Source: the human T2T-CHM13v2.0 reference genome, Homo sapiens. Taken from it: 64,000 nt of DNA. The position numbers and the translations under genes are program-made. How positions within the stretch are numbered: position 1 is the first letter of the stretch; every line of letters starts with the position of its first letter. This document shows positions 12,877-27,840 of the stretch, one piece after another. The notes beneath the pieces were generated by a model. That model saw only the letters and a program-made list of their open reading frames with translations. It was not told where the DNA came from and did not search any database. The DNA lies in the NCBI RefSeq assembly GCF_009914755.1, contig NC_060933.1; one strand, 5' to 3'.

Positions 12877-15800
12877 TTCGAATCCATTCCATTGCACTCG
12901 GTTTGATTCCATTCCATTCCATTCCATTCCATTTCATTCCATTCCATTCCATTACATTCGGACTGATTCTATTCAATTCCCTTACACTCCATTACATTCC
13001 ATTCCATTCGGGATGTTTCCATTCCATTCCATTCCATTCCACTCCATTCCATTGCACTCCGGTTGATTGCATTCCATTCCATTCCATTCCATTCCGGATG
13101 ATTCCATTCCATTGCATTCCATTGCGTTCCGTTCCCCTGCACTCGGGTTGATTATATTCCATTCCATTCCCTTCCATTCCCTTCCATTCCATTCCATTCC
13201 ATTGCAATCGAGTTGATTCCATTCCATTCCATTCCATTCCATTCCATTCCATTCCATTCCATTCCATTGCATTCCATTCCATTCCATTCCATTCCGTCTG
13301 ATTGCATTCCATTGCATTCCATTCCATTCCATTCCCCTGCACTCGGGTTGATTCCATTCCATTTCATTCCATTACATTCCGTTCCATTCCATTCCATTCC
13401 ATTCTATTCAGGTTAATTCCATTCCATTCCATTCCATTCCATTCCATTCCATTCCATTCCATTCCATTCCTTTGCAATCGAGTTGATTCCATTCCATTCC
13501 ATTCCATTCCATTCCATTACAATCGATTTGATTCCATTCCATTCCATTCCATTCCATTCCATTCCGGATGATTCCATTCCATTGCATTCCGTTCCATTAC
13601 ATTCCCCTGCACTCGCGTTGATTCCATTCCATTCCATTCCATTCCATTCAATTCCATTCCATTACAATTCGTTCCATTCCATTCTATTGCGTACCTTTCC
13701 ATTCCATTCCATACCATTCCATTCCATTCCATTCCATTCCATTCCGTTCCATTCCGTTCCATTCCATTGCATTCAATTCTATTCGGATTAATTCCATTCC
13801 ATTCCATTCCATTCCATTCTATTCCATTCCATTGCAATCGAGTTGAATCCATTGCATTTCATTCCATTCCATTCCGTTCCATTCCATTCCGGAAGATTCC
13901 ATTCCATTGCATTGCATTCCATTCCATTCCCCTGCACTCCCGTTGATTCCATTCCATTCCATTCCATTCCATTCCATTCCATTCCGTTCCTTTCCATTCC
14001 ATTCCATTCCATTCCATTCCATTCCGTTCTGTTCCATTCCATTCCATTCCATTCTATTCGGGTTAATTCCATTCCATTCCATTTGATTGTAATCGAGTTG
14101 ATTCCATTCCATTCCATTCCAATCCATCCCAGTCCTTTCCATTCCATTCCACTCGGGTTGATTCCATTTTATTCCTTTCCATTCCATTCCATTCCATTGC
14201 AATCGAGATGATTCCATTCGAGTTGAATCCATTCCATTCCATTCCATTCCATTCAATTGCACACGGGTTCATTCCATTCCATTCCATTCCATTCCATTCC
14301 ATTCCATTCCATTCCATTTCATTCCATTCCATTTCATTCCATTCCATTCTATTCCGTACCTTTCCATTCCATCCCATTCCATTCCATTCCATTCCATGCC
14401 ATTACACTCGGGTTGATTCCATTCCTTTCCATTCCATTCTTGTTGATTCCATTCCATTCCATTCCATTCCATTCGAATCCATTCCATTGTACTCGGTTTG
14501 ATTCCATTCCATTCCATTCCATTGCATTCAGACTGATTCTATTCAATTCCCTTACACTCCATTACATTCCATTCCATTCGGGATGTTTCCATTCCATTCC
14601 ATTCCATACCATTCCATTGCATCGGGTTGATTCCATTCCATTCCGTTCCATTCCATTCCATTCCATGCCATTCCGTTCCATTCCATTCCATTCCATTCTA
14701 TTCGGGTTAATTCCATTCCATTCCATTCCATTGCATTCAAATTCCATTCCACTCCATTCCAATCGAGTTGATTCCATTCCATTCCATTCCATACCATTCC
14801 ATTCCATTCCATTCCATTCTATTCGGGTTAATTCCATTCCATTCCATTTCATTCCATTCCATTCCATTCTATTCCATTCCATTGCAATCGAGTTGAATCC
14901 ATTGCATTCCATTCCATTCCATTCCATTCCATTCCATTCCATTACGGATGATTCCATTCCATTGCATTCCATTCCATTCCATTCCCCTGTACTCGGGTTG
15001 ATTCCATTCCATTCCATTCCAATCCATGCCCTTCCACTCGTGTTGATTCCATTCTTTCCATTCCATTCAAGTTGAATCTATTCCATTGCATTCCATTGCA
15101 TTCGAATCCATTCCATTGCACTCGGTTTGATTCCATTCCATTCCATTCCATTCCATTTCATTCCATTCCATTCCATTACATTCGGTCTGATTCTATTCAA
15201 TTCCCTTACACTCCATTACATTCCATTCCATTCGGGATGTTTCCATTCCATTCCATTCCATTCCACTCCATTCCATTGCACTCGGGTTGATTGCATTCCA
15301 TTCCATTCCATTCCGGATGATTCCATTCCATTGCATTCCATTGCATTCCGTTCCCCTGCACTCGGGTTGATTACATTCCATTCCATTCCCTTCCATTCCC
15401 TTCCATTCCATTCCATTCCATTGCAATCGAGTTGATTCCATTCCATTCCATTCCATTCCTTTCCATTCCAGTCCATTGCATTCCATTCCATTCCATTCCA
15501 TTCCGTCTGATTGCATTCCATTGCATTCCATTCCATTCCATTCCCCTGCACTCGGGTTGATTCCATTCCATTTCATTCCATTACATTCCGTTCCATTCCA
15601 TTCCATTCCATTCTATTCAGGTTAATTCCATTCCATTCCATTCCATTCCATTCCATTGCAATCGAGTTGATTCCATTCCATTCCATTCCATTCCATTCCA
15701 TTACAATCGATTTGATTCCATTCCATTCCATTCCATTCCATTCCGGATGATTCCATTCCATTGCATTCCATTCCATTACATTCCCCTGCACTCGCGTTGA

Positions 15801-17250
15801 TTCCATTCCATTCCATTCCATTCCATTCAATTCCATTGCATTACAATTCGTTCCATTCCATTCTATTCCGTACCATTCCATTCCATTCCATACCATTCCA
15901 TTCCATTCCATTCCATTCCATTCCGTTCCATTCCGTTCCATTCCATTCCATTCAATTCTATTCGGATTAATTCCATTCCATTCCATTCCATTCCATTCTA
16001 TTCCATTCCATTGCAATCGAGTTGAATCTATTGCATTTCATTCCATTCCATTCCGTTCCATTCCATTCCGGAAGATTCCATTCCATTGCATTGCATTCCA
16101 TTCCATTCCCCTGCACTCCCGTTGATTCCATTCCATTCCATTCCATTCCATTCCATTCCATTCCATTCCGTTCCTTTCCATTCCATTCCATTCCATTCCA
16201 TTCCATTCCGTTCCGTTCCATTCCATTCCATTCCATTCTATTCGGGTTAATTCCATTCCATTCCATTCGATTGTAATCGAGTTGATTCCATTCCATTCCA
16301 TTCCACTCCATCCCATTCCTTTCCATTCCATTCCACTCGGGTTGATTCCATTTTATTCCTTTCCATTCCATTCCATTCCATTGCAATCGAGATGATTCCA
16401 TTCGAGTTGAATCCATTCCATTCCATTCCATTCCATTCAATTGCACACGGGTTCATTCCATTCCATTCCATTCCATTCCATTCCATTCCATTCCATTTCA
16501 TTCCATTCCATTTCATTCCATTCCATTCTATTCCGTACCTTTCCATTCCATTCCATTCCATTCCATGCCATTACACTCGGGTTGATTCCATTCCTTTCCA
16601 TTCCATTCTTGTTGATTCCATTCCATTCCATTCCATTCCATTCGAATCCATTCCATTGCACTCGGTTTGATTCCATTCCATTCCATTCCATTGCATTCAC
16701 ACTGATTCTATTGAATTCCCTTACACTCCATTACATTCCATTCCATTCGGGATGTTTCCATTCCATTCCATTCCATAACATTCCATTGCATCGGGTTGAT
16801 TCCATTCCATTCCGTTCCATTCCATTCCATTCCATGCCATTCCGTTCAATTCCATTCCATTCTATTCGGGTTAATTCCATTCCATTCCATTCCATTGCAT
16901 TCAAATTCCATTCCACTCCATTCCAATCGAGTTGATTCCATTCCATTCCATTCCATACCATTCCATTCCATTCCATTCTATTCGGGTTAATTCCATTCCA
17001 TTCCATTTCATTCCATTCCATTCCATTCTATTCCATTCCATTGCAATCGAGTTGAATCCATTGCATTTCATTCCATTCCATTCCATTCCATTACATTACG
17101 GATGATTCCATTCCATTGCATTCCATTCCATTCCATTCCCCTGTACTCGGGTTGATTCCATTCCATTCCATTCCAATCCATGCCCTTCCACTCGTGTTGA
17201 TTCCATTCTTTCCATTCCATTCAAGTTGAATCTATTCCATTGCATTCCAT
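12877..17250 (+). repeat. Tandem duplication of a ~2.2 kb unit (12877-15100, 15101-17250)
   Basis: Offsets of 2154-2224 between matching segments. Diagnostic words occur twice: ccgtctgattgc (13294, 15503), cactcccgttg, tcgagatgatt, tgcattcaaattcc (14732, 16896). Confidence 0.88.
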
Positions 17251-20200
17251 TCCATTCGATTCCATTCGATTGCACTCGGGTTGATTCCATTCCATTGCAT
17301 TCCTTTCCATTCCATTCCATTCCATTCCATTCCATTCCGTTCCATTCCATTACATTCGGATTGATTCTATTCAATTTCCTTACACTCCATTACATTCCAT
17401 TCCATTCGGGTAGTTTCCATTCCATTCCATTCCATTCCTCTCCATTCCATTGCACTCGGGTTGATTCCATTCCATTGCATTCCATTCCATTCCATTCAAT
17501 TCGATTCCGTTCCATTCCATTCCATTACATTCGGATTGATTCTATTCAACTCCCTTACTCTCCATTACATTCCATTCCATTCGGGTTGTTCCATTCCATT
17601 CCATTCCATTCCACTCCATTCCATTGCACTCGGGTTGATTCCATTCCTTTCCATTCCATTCCATTCCACTCCATTCCAGTCCTTTCCATTCCATTCCACT
17701 CGGTTTGATTCCAATGTATTCCTTTCCTTTCCATTCCATTCCATTGCAATCGAGTTGATTCCATTGCTTTGCATTCCATTCTATTCCATTCCATTCCGGA
17801 TGATTCCATTCCATTGCATTCCATTCCATTCCATTCCCCTGCACTCGCGTTGATTCCATTCCATTCCATTCCATTCCATTCCATTCCATTCCGTTCCGTT
17901 CCGTTCTGTTCCATTCCATTCCATTCCATTCCGTTCCATTCCATTCCATTCCATTCCATTCCATTCCATTCCTTTCCATTCCATTACGGATGATTCCATT
18001 CCATTGCATTCCATTCCATGCCATTCCCCTGCACTCGCGTTGATTCCATTCCATTCCATTCCATTCCATTCCATTCCATTCCATTCCATTCCTTTCCGTT
18101 CCGTTCCATTCCATTCCATTCCATTCCATTCTATTCCGTTCCGTTCCATTCCATTCCATTCCATTCTATTCGGGTTAATTCCATTCCATTCCATTCGATT
18201 GCAATCGTGTTGATTCCATTCCATTCCATTCCATTCCATTCCATTCCATTCCTTTCAATTCCATTCCGGAAGATTCCATTCCATTGCATTCCATTCCATT
18301 CCATTCCCCTGCACTCGTGTTGATTCCATTCCATTCCATTCCATTCCATTCCATTCCACTCCATTCCGTTCCGTTCCATTCCATTCCATTCCATTCTATT
18401 CGGGTTAATTCCATTCCATTCCATTCGATTGCAATCGTGTTGATTCCATTCCATTCCATTCCATTCCATTCCATTCCTTTCCATTCCATTACGGATGATT
18501 CCATTCCATTGCATTCCATTCCATTCCATTCCCCTGTACTCGGGTTGATTCCATTCCATTGCATTCCAATCCATGCCCTTCCACTCGTGTTGATTCCTTT
18601 CTTTCCATTCCATTCAAGTTGAATCCATTCCATTGTATTCCATTCCATTCGATTCCATTCGATTGCACTCGGGTTGATTCCATTCCATTGCATTCCACTC
18701 CATTCCATTCCATTCCATTCCGTTCCATTCCATTCCATTACATTCGGATTGATTCTATTCAATTCCCTTACACTCCATTACATTCCATTCCATTCGGGTA
18801 GTTTCCATTCCATTCCATTCCATTCCTCTCCATTCCATTGCACTCGGGTTGATTCCATTCCATTGCATTCCATTCCATTCCATTCAATTCCATTCCGTTC
18901 CATTCCATTCCATTACATTCGGATTGACTCTATTCAACTCCCTTACTGTCCATTACATTCCATTCCATTCGGGTTGTTCCATTCCATTCCATTCCATTCC
19001 ACTCCATTCCATTGCACTCGGGTTTATTCCATTCCATTCCATTCCATTCCATTCCATTCCGGAAGATTCCATTCCATTGCATTTCATTCCATTCCATTCC
19101 CCTGCACTCGCGTTGATTCCATTCCATTCCATTCCATTCCATTCCATTCAATTCCATTCCTATACAATTCGTTCCATTCCATTCTATTCCGTACCATTTC
19201 ATTCCATTCCATACCATTCCATTCCATTCCATTCCATTCCATTCCATTCCGTTCCATTCTGTTCCATTCCATTCCATTCCATTCTATTCGGGTTAATCCC
19301 ATTCCATTCCATTCCTTTCCATTCTATTCCTTTCCATTGCAATCGAGTTGAATCCATTGCATTTCATTCCATTCCATTCCATTCCATTCCGGAAGATTCC
19401 ATTCCATTGCATTCCATTCCATGCCATTCCCCTGCACTCGCGTTGATTCCATTCCATTCCATTCCATTCCATTCCATTCCATTCCATTCCATTCCATTCC
19501 TTTCCGTTCCGTTCCATTCCATTCCATTCCATTCCATTCCATTCTATTCCGTTCCGTTCCATTCCATTCCATTCCATTCTATTCGGGTTAATTCCATTCC
19601 ATTCAATTCGATTGCAATCGTGTTGATTCCATTCCATTCCATTCCATTCCTTTGAATTCCATTACGGATGATTCCATTCCATTGCATTCCATTCCATTCC
19701 ATTCCCCTGTACTCGGGTTGATTCCATTCCATTGCATTCCAATCCATGCCCTTCCACTCGTGTTGATTCCATTCTTTCCATTCCATTCAAGTTGAATCCA
19801 TTCCATTGTATTCCATTCCATTCGATTCCATTCGATTGCACTCGGGTTGATTCCATTCCATTGCATTCCATTCCATTCCATTCCATTCCATTCCATTCCA
19901 TTCCGTTCCATTCCATTCCATTATATTCGGATTGATTCTATTCAATTCCCTTACACTCCATTACATTCCATTCCATTCGGGTAGTTTCCATTCCATTCCA
20001 TTCAATTCCTCTCCATTCCATTGCACTCGGGTTGATTCCATTGCATTGCATTCCATCCCATTCCATTCAATTCCATTCCGTTGCATTCCATTCCATTACA
20101 TTCGGATTGACTCTATTCAACTCCCTTACTCTCCATTACATTCCATTCCATTCGGGTTGTTCCATTCCATTCCATTCCATTCCACTCCATTCCATTGCAC

Positions 20201-21450
20201 TCGGGTTTATTCCATTCCATTCCATTCCATTCCATTCCATTCCGGAAGATTCCATTCCATTGCATTCCATTCCATTCCATTCCCCTGCACTCGTGTTGAT
20301 TCCATTCCGTTCCGTTCCATTCCATTCCATTCCATTCTATTCGGGTTAATTCCATTCCATTCCATTCGATTGCAATCGTGTTGATTCCATTCCATTCCAT
20401 TCCATTCCATTCCATTCCTTTCCATTCCATTACGGATGATTCCATTTCATTGCATTCCATTCCATTCCATTCCCCTGTACTCGGGTTGATTCCATTCCAT
20501 TGCATTCCAATCCATGCCCTTCCACACGTGTTGATTCCTTTGTTTCCATTCCATTCAAGTTGAATCCATTCCATTGTATTCCATTCCATTCGATTCCATT
20601 CGATTGCACTCGGGTTGATTCCATTCCATTGCATTCCACTCCATTCCATTCCATTCCATTCCGTTCCATTCCATTCCATTACATTCGGATTGATTCTATT
20701 CAATTCCCTTACACTCCATTACATTCCATTCCATTCGGGTAGTTTCCATTCCATTCCATTCCATTCCTCTCCATTCCATTGCACTCGGGTTGATTCCATT
20801 CCATTGCATTCCATTCCATTCCATTCAATTCCATTCCGTTCCATTCCATTCCATTACATTCGGATTGACTCTATTCAACTCCCTTACTCTCCATTACATT
20901 CTATTCCATTCGGGTTGTTCCATTCCATTCCATTCCATTCCACTCCATTCCATTGCACTCGGGATTATTCCATTCCATTCCATTCCATTCCATTCCATTC
21001 CATTCCATTCCGGATGATTCCATTCCATTGCATTCCATTCCATTCCATTCCCCTGCACTCGCGTTGATTCCATTCCATTCCATTCCATTCCATTCCATTC
21101 CATTCCATTCCATTCCATTCCATTCCTTTCCGTTCCATTCCATTCGATTCCATTCCATTCCATTCCGTTCCGTTCCGTTCCGTTCCATTCCATTCCATTC
21201 CATTCTATTCGGGTTAATTCCATTCCATTCCATTCGATTGCAATCGAGTTGATTCCATTCCATTCCATTCCATTCCATTCCATTCCATTCCATTCCTTTC
21301 CATTCCATTACGGATGATTCCATTCCATTGCATTCCATTCCATTCCATTCCCCTGTACTCGGGTTGATTCCATTCCATTCCATTCCAATCCATGCCATTC
21401 CACTCGTGTTGATTCCATTCTTTCCATTCCATTCAAGTTGAATCCATTCC
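17096..21450 (+). repeat. Cluster of four related ~0.6-0.75 kb modules (starts near 17096, 18489, 19662, 20430)
   Basis: Matching ORFs 18559/19732/20500 and 17461/18849/20032/20790. All four modules carry catgcccttccac; the last three also carry cattgtattcc and ggattgactcta. Confidence 0.75.
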
Positions 21451-24400
21451 ATTGCATTCCATTCCATTCCATTCCCCTGCAGTCGGGTTGATTCCATTCC
21501 ATTCCATTCCATTCCATTCCATTCCATTCCATTCCGTTCCGTTCCGTTCCGTTCCATTCCATTCCATTCTATTCGGGTTAATTCCATTCCATTCCATTCC
21601 ATTCCATTCCATTCCATTCCAATGGAGTTGATTGCATTCCATTCCATTCCATTCCATTCCACTCCATTCCAGTCCTTTCCATTCCATTCCACTCGGGTTG
21701 ATTCCAATGTATTCCTTTCCATTCCATTCCATTCCATTGCAATCGAGTTGATTCCATTGCTTTGCATTCCATTCCATTCCATTCCATTCCAGATGATTCC
21801 ATTCCATTGCATTCCATTCCATTCCATTCCCCTGCACTCGGGTGGATTCCATTCCATTCCACTCCATTCCGTTCCATTCCATTCCATTCCATTGTATTCG
21901 GGTTAATTCCATTCCATTCCATTCCATTCCAGTCTAGTCCTTTCCATTCCATTCCACTCGGGTTGATTCCATTCTATTAGTTTCCATTCCATTCCTTTCC
22001 CTTCCATTCCACTCTGGTTGATTCCATTCCTTTCCATTCCACTCGAGTACATTCCCTCCTATTCCACACGGAACGATTCCATTCCATTCCATTCCATTCC
22101 ATTCCATTCCATTCCATTCCATTCCATTCCATTCCATTTCGTTCCATTCCATTCTATTCCATATCATTCCATTCCATTCCGTTCCATTCCATTCCATTCC
22201 ATTCCACTCGTGTTGATTCCATTCCTTCCCATTCCATTCCGTTTGAAGGCATTCCATTCCATTCCATTCCATTCCATTCCATTCCAATCCATTCCATTGT
22301 ACTCGGGTTGATTCCATTCCATTGCATTCCATTCCATTCCATTCCATTCCATTCCGTTGCATTCCATTCCATTACATTCGGATTGATTCTATTCAACTCC
22401 CTTACTCTCCATTACATTCCATTCCATTCGGGTTGTTCCATTCCATTCCATTCCATTCCACTCCATTCCATTGCACCCGGGTTGATTGCATTCCATTCCA
22501 TTCCATTCCATTCCGGATGATTCCATTCCATTGCATTCCGTTCCATTACATTCCCCTGCACTCACGTTGATTCCATTCCATTCCATTCAATTCCATTCCA
22601 TTACAATTCGTTCCATTCCATTCTATTCCTTACCATTCCATTGCATTCCATACCATTCCATTCCATTCCATTCCATTCCATTCCCTTCCATTCCGCTCCA
22701 TTGCATTCCATTCCATTCTATTGGAGTTAATTCCATTCCATTCAATTCCATTCCATTCTATTCCATTCCATTGCAATCGAGTTGAATCCATTTCATTTCA
22801 TTCCATTCCATTCCATTCCATTCCATTCCGCAAGATTCCATTCCATTGCATTCCATTCCATTCCATTCCCCTGCACTCGCATTGATTCCATTCCATTCCA
22901 TTCCATTCCATTCCATTCCGTTCCGTTCCATTCCATTCCATTCCATTCCATTCCATTCCGTTCCATTCCATTCCATTCCATTCTAATCGGGTTAATTCCA
23001 TTCCATTCCATTCGATTGCAATCGAGTTGATTCCATTCCATTCCATTCCATTCCGTTCCATTCCATTCCATTCCATTCCTTTCCATTCCATTACGGATGA
23101 TTCCATTCCATTGCATTCCATTCCATTCCATTCCCCTGTACTCGGGTTGATTACATTCCATTCCATTCCAATCCATGCCATTCCAGTCGTGTTGATTCCA
23201 TTCTTTCCATTCCATTCAATTTGAATCCATTCCATTGCATTCGATTCCATTCGATTCCATTCGATTGCACTCGGGTTGATTCCATTCCATTGCATTCCAT
23301 TCCATTCCATTCCATTCCATTCCATTCCGTTCCATTCCATTCCATTACATTCGGATTGATTCTATTCAATTCCCTTACACTCCATTACATTCCATTCCAT
23401 TCGGGTAGTTTCCACTCCATTCCATTCCATTCCTCTCCATTCCATTGCACTCGGGTTGATTCCATTCCATTGCATTCCATTCCATTCCATTCCATTCCAT
23501 TCCGTTCCATTCCATTCCATTACATTCGGATTGATTCTATTCAACTCCCTTACTCTCCATTACATTCGATTCCATTCGGGTTGTTCCATTCCATTCCATT
23601 CCATTCCACTCCATTCCATTGCACTCGGGTTGATTCCATTCCATTCCATTCCATTCCGGAAGATTCCATTCCATTACATTCCATTACATTCCATTACCCT
23701 GCACTCGCGTTGATTCCATTCCATTCCATTCCATTCCATTCCATTCCATTCCATTCCATTCCATTCCTTTCCGTTCCATTCCATTCCATTCCATTCCATT
23801 CCGTTCCGTTCCGTTCCGTTCCATTCCATTCCATTCTATTCTGGTTAATTCCATTCCATTCCATTCCATTGCAATCGAGTTGATTCCATTCCATTCCATT
23901 CCATTCCATTCCATTCCATTCCATTCCATTCCTTTCCATTCCATTACGGATGATTCCATTCCATTGCATTCCATTCCATTCCATTCCCCTGTACTCGGGT
24001 TGATTCCATTCCATTGCATTCCAATCCATGCCCTTCCACTCGTGTTGATTCCATTCTTTCCATTCCATTCAAGTTGAATCCATTCCATTCCATTCAATTC
24101 CATTCGATTGCACTCGGGTTGATTCCATTCCATTGCATTCCATTCCATTCCATTCCATTCCATTCCATTCCATTCCGTTCCATTCCATTCCATTACATTC
24201 GGATTGATTCTATTCAATTCCCTTACACTCCATTACATTCCATTCCATTCGGGTAGTTTCCATTCCATTCCATTCCATTCCTCTCCATTCCATTCCACTC
24301 GGGTTGATTCCATTCCATTGCATCCCATTCCATTCCATTCAATTCCATTCCGTTCCACTCCATTCCATTACATTCGGATTGATTCTATTCAACTCCCTTA

Positions 24401-26540
24401 GTCTCCATTACATTACATTCCAGTCGGGTTGTTCCATTCCATTCCATTCCATTCCACTCCATTCCATTGCACTCGGGTTTATTCCATTCCATTCCATTCC
24501 ATTCCATTCCATTCCATTCCGGAAGATTCCATTCCATTGCATTCCATTCCATTCCATTCCCCTGCACTTGCGTTGATTCCATTCCATTCCATTCCATTCC
24601 ATTCCATTCAATTCCTTTCCGTTCCATTCCATTCCATTCCATTCCATTCCATTCCATTCCATTCCGTTCAGTTCCGTTCCATTCCATTCCATTCCATTCT
24701 ATTCGGGTTAATTCCATTCCATTCCATTCGATTGCAATCGAGTTGATTCCATTCCATTCCATTCCATTCCATTCCATTCCATTCCATTCCTTTCCATTCC
24801 ATTACGGATGATTCCATTCCATTGCATTCCATTCCATTCCATTCCCCTGTACTCGGGTTGATTCCATTCCATTCCATTCCAATCTATGCCATTCCACTCG
24901 TGTTGATTCCATTCTTTCCATTCCATTCAAGTTGAATCCATTCCTTTGCATTCCATTCCATTCCATTCCCCTGCAGTCGGGTTGATTCCATTCCATTCCA
25001 TTCCATTCCATTCCAATCAAGTTGATTCCATTCCATTCCATTCCATTGCATTCCATTCCATTCCACTCCATTCCAGTCCTTTCCATTCCATTCCACTCGG
25101 GTTGATTCCAATGTATTCCTTTCCATTCCATTCCATTCCATTGCAATCGAGGTGATTCCATTGCTTTGCATTCCATTCCATTCCATTCCATTCCGGATGA
25201 TTCCATTCCATTGCATTCCATTCCATTCCATTCCCCTGCACTCGGGTTGATTCCATTCCATTCCACTCCATTCCATTCCATTCCATTCCATTCCATTCCA
25301 TTCCATTGTATTCGGGTTAATTCCATTCCATTCCATTCCATTCCATTCCATTACAATCGAGTTGATTCCATTCCATTCCATTCCATTCCAGTACTTTCCA
25401 TTCCATTGCACTCGGGTTGATTCCATTCTATTAGTTTCCATTCCACTCCATTCCCTTCCATTGTATTCGAGTTAATTCCATTCCATTCCATTCCATTCCA
25501 TTCCATTCCATTCCATTCCATTCCTCTCCATTCCATTGCACTCGGGTTGATTCCATTCCATTGCATCCCATTACATTCCATTCAATTCCATTCCGTTGCA
25601 TTCCATTCCATTACATTCGGATTGATTCTATTCAACTCCCTTACTCTCCATTGCATTCCATTCCATTCGTGTTGTTCCATTCCATTCCATTCCATTCCAC
25701 TCCATTCCATTGCACTCGGGTTTATTCCATTCCATTCCATTCCATTCCATTCCATTCCATTCCGGAAGATTCCATTCCATTTCATTCCATTCCATTCCAT
25801 TCCCCTGCACTCGCGTTGATTCCATTCCATTCCATTCCATTCCATTCCATTCCTTTCCGTTCCATTCCATTCCATTCCTTTCCGTTCCATTCCATTCCAT
25901 TCCATTCCATTCCGTTCCGTTCCGTTCCGTTCCATTCCATTCCATTCCATTCTATTCGGGTTAATTCCATTCCATTCCATTCGATTGCATTCGAGTTGAT
26001 TCCATTCCATTCCATTCCATTCCATTCCTTTCCATTCCATTACGGATGATTCCATTCCATTGCATTCCATTCCATTCCATTCCCCTGTACTCGGGTTGAT
26101 TCCATTCCATTCCATTCCAATCTATGCCATTCCACTCGTGTTGATTCCATTCTTTCCATTCCATTCAAGTTGAATCCATTCCATTGCATTCCATTCCATT
26201 CCATTCCCCTGCAGTCGGGTTGATTCCATTCCATTCCATTCCATTCCATTCCATTCCATTCCAATCAAGTTGATTCCATTCCCTTCCATTCCATTGCATT
26301 CCATTCCATTCCACTCCATTCCAGTCCTTTCCATTCCATTACACTCGGGTTGATTCCAATGTATTCCTTTCCATTCCATTCCATTCCATTGCAATCGAGT
26401 TGATTCCATTTCTTTGCATTCCATTCCATTCCATTCCATTCCGGATGATTCCATTCCATTGCATTCCATTCCATTCCATTCCCCTGCACTCGGGTTGATT
26501 CCATTCCATTCCACTCCATTCCATTCCATTCCATTCCATT

Positions 26541-26850
26541 CCATTGTATTCGGGTTAATTCCATTCCATTCCATTCCATTCCATTCCATTCCATTACAAT
26601 CGAGTTGATTCCATTCCATTCCATTCCATTCCAGTCCTTTCCATTCCATTCCACTCGGGTTGATTCCATTCTATTACTTTCCATTCCACTCCATTCCCTT
26701 CAATTGTATTCGGGTTAATTCCATTCCATTCCATTCCATTCCATTCCATTCCATTACAATCGAGTTGATTCCATTCCATTCCATTCCATTCCAGTCCTTT
26801 CCATTCCATTCCACTCGGGTTGATTCCATTCTATTAGTTTCCATTCCATT
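26541..26850 (+). repeat. ~160-bp tandem duplication (related copies at ~28.65-28.9, ~49.5-49.8 and ~52.3-52.6 kb)
   Basis: tgtattcgggttaatt...ttacaatcgagttg...ccagtccttt...tctatta(c/g)ttt occurs twice at offset 160. Confidence 0.85.
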
Positions 26851-27616
26851 CCATTCCCTTCCATTCCACTCTGGTTGATTCCATTCCTTTCCATTCCACT
26901 CGAATACATTGCCTCCTATTCCACTCGGAATGATTCCATTCCATTCCATTCCATTCCATTCCATTCCATTCCATTCCATTCCATTCCATTTCGTTCCATT
27001 CCGTTCTATTCCGTGTCATTCCATTCCATTCCATTCCATTCCATTCCATTCCATTCCATTCCATTCCATTGTACTCGGGTTGATTCCATTCCATTGCATT
27101 CCATTCCATTCCATTCCATTCCATTCCGTTGCATTCCATTCCATTACATTCGGATTGATTCTATTCAACTCCCTTACTCTCCATTACATTCCATTCCATT
27201 CGGGTTGTTCCATTCCATTCCATTCCATTCCACTCCATTCCATTGCACTCGGGTTGATTCCATTCCATTCCATTCCATTCCATTCCATTCCATTCCGGAT
27301 GATTCCATTCCATTGCATTCCGTTCCATTACATTCCCCTGCACTCGCGTTGATTCCATTCCATTCCATTCCATTCCATTCAATTCCATTCCATTACAATT
27401 CGTTCCATTCCATTCTATTCCGTACCATTCCATTCCATTCCATACCATTCCATTCCATTCCGTTCCATTCCATTCCGTTCCATTCCGTTCCATTCCATTC
27501 CATTCCATTCTATTCGGATTAATTCCATTCCATTCCATTCCATTCCATTCTATTCCATTCCATTGCAATCGAGTTGAATCCATTGCATTTCATTCCATTC
27601 CATTCCATTCCATTCC

Positions 27617-27631
27617 ATTCCGGAACTTTCC
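27617..27631. promoter_or_regulatory. HSE motif variant aTTCc-gGAAc-tTTCc (copies at 50588 and 53418)
   Basis: attccggaactttcc: spacer bases are changed while the TTC/GAA/TTC cores are intact. Confidence 0.45.
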
Positions 27632-27840
27632 ATTCCATTGCATTCCATTCCATTCCATTCAATTCCATTCCGTTCCATTCCATTCCATTACATTCTGATT
27701 GATTCTATTCAACTCCCTTAGTCTCCATTACATTCCATTCCATTCGGGTTGTTCCTTTCCATTCCATTCCATTCCACTCCATTCCATTGCACTCGGGTTT
27801 ATTCCATACCATTCCATTCCATTCCATTCAATTCCATTCC

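Larger units (their letters stand above)
5390..13030 (+). repeat. Older dispersed duplication: ~5390-7320 matches ~11055-13030 (offset ~5.7 kb), with a related partial copy at ~1300-2700
   Basis: Matching ORFs 6038/11793, 6150/11905 and 6904/12599. Same order of words: acattacggatg, cattgaattc, ttcgagttgaatcc, gcattgggttgattgc, ccaatcgatttg, actcggtttg, cggactgatt. Confidence 0.75.

Noticed and set aside
21930-22330. Extending macro-repeat copy A leftward because 21.9-22.3 kb resembles 46.4-46.77 kb
   Set aside because: The two differ at several diagnostic positions (ctcgagtac/cacacggaacg vs ctcgaatac/caatcggaaag), like other older paralogues of that module, so they are not part of the recent duplication.
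27622-27631. NF-kB-like GGAACTTTCC / GGAAAATTCC sites
   Set aside because: Each is one mismatch from a canonical kB site and easily arises from the GGAAGATTCC word; nothing independent supports them.
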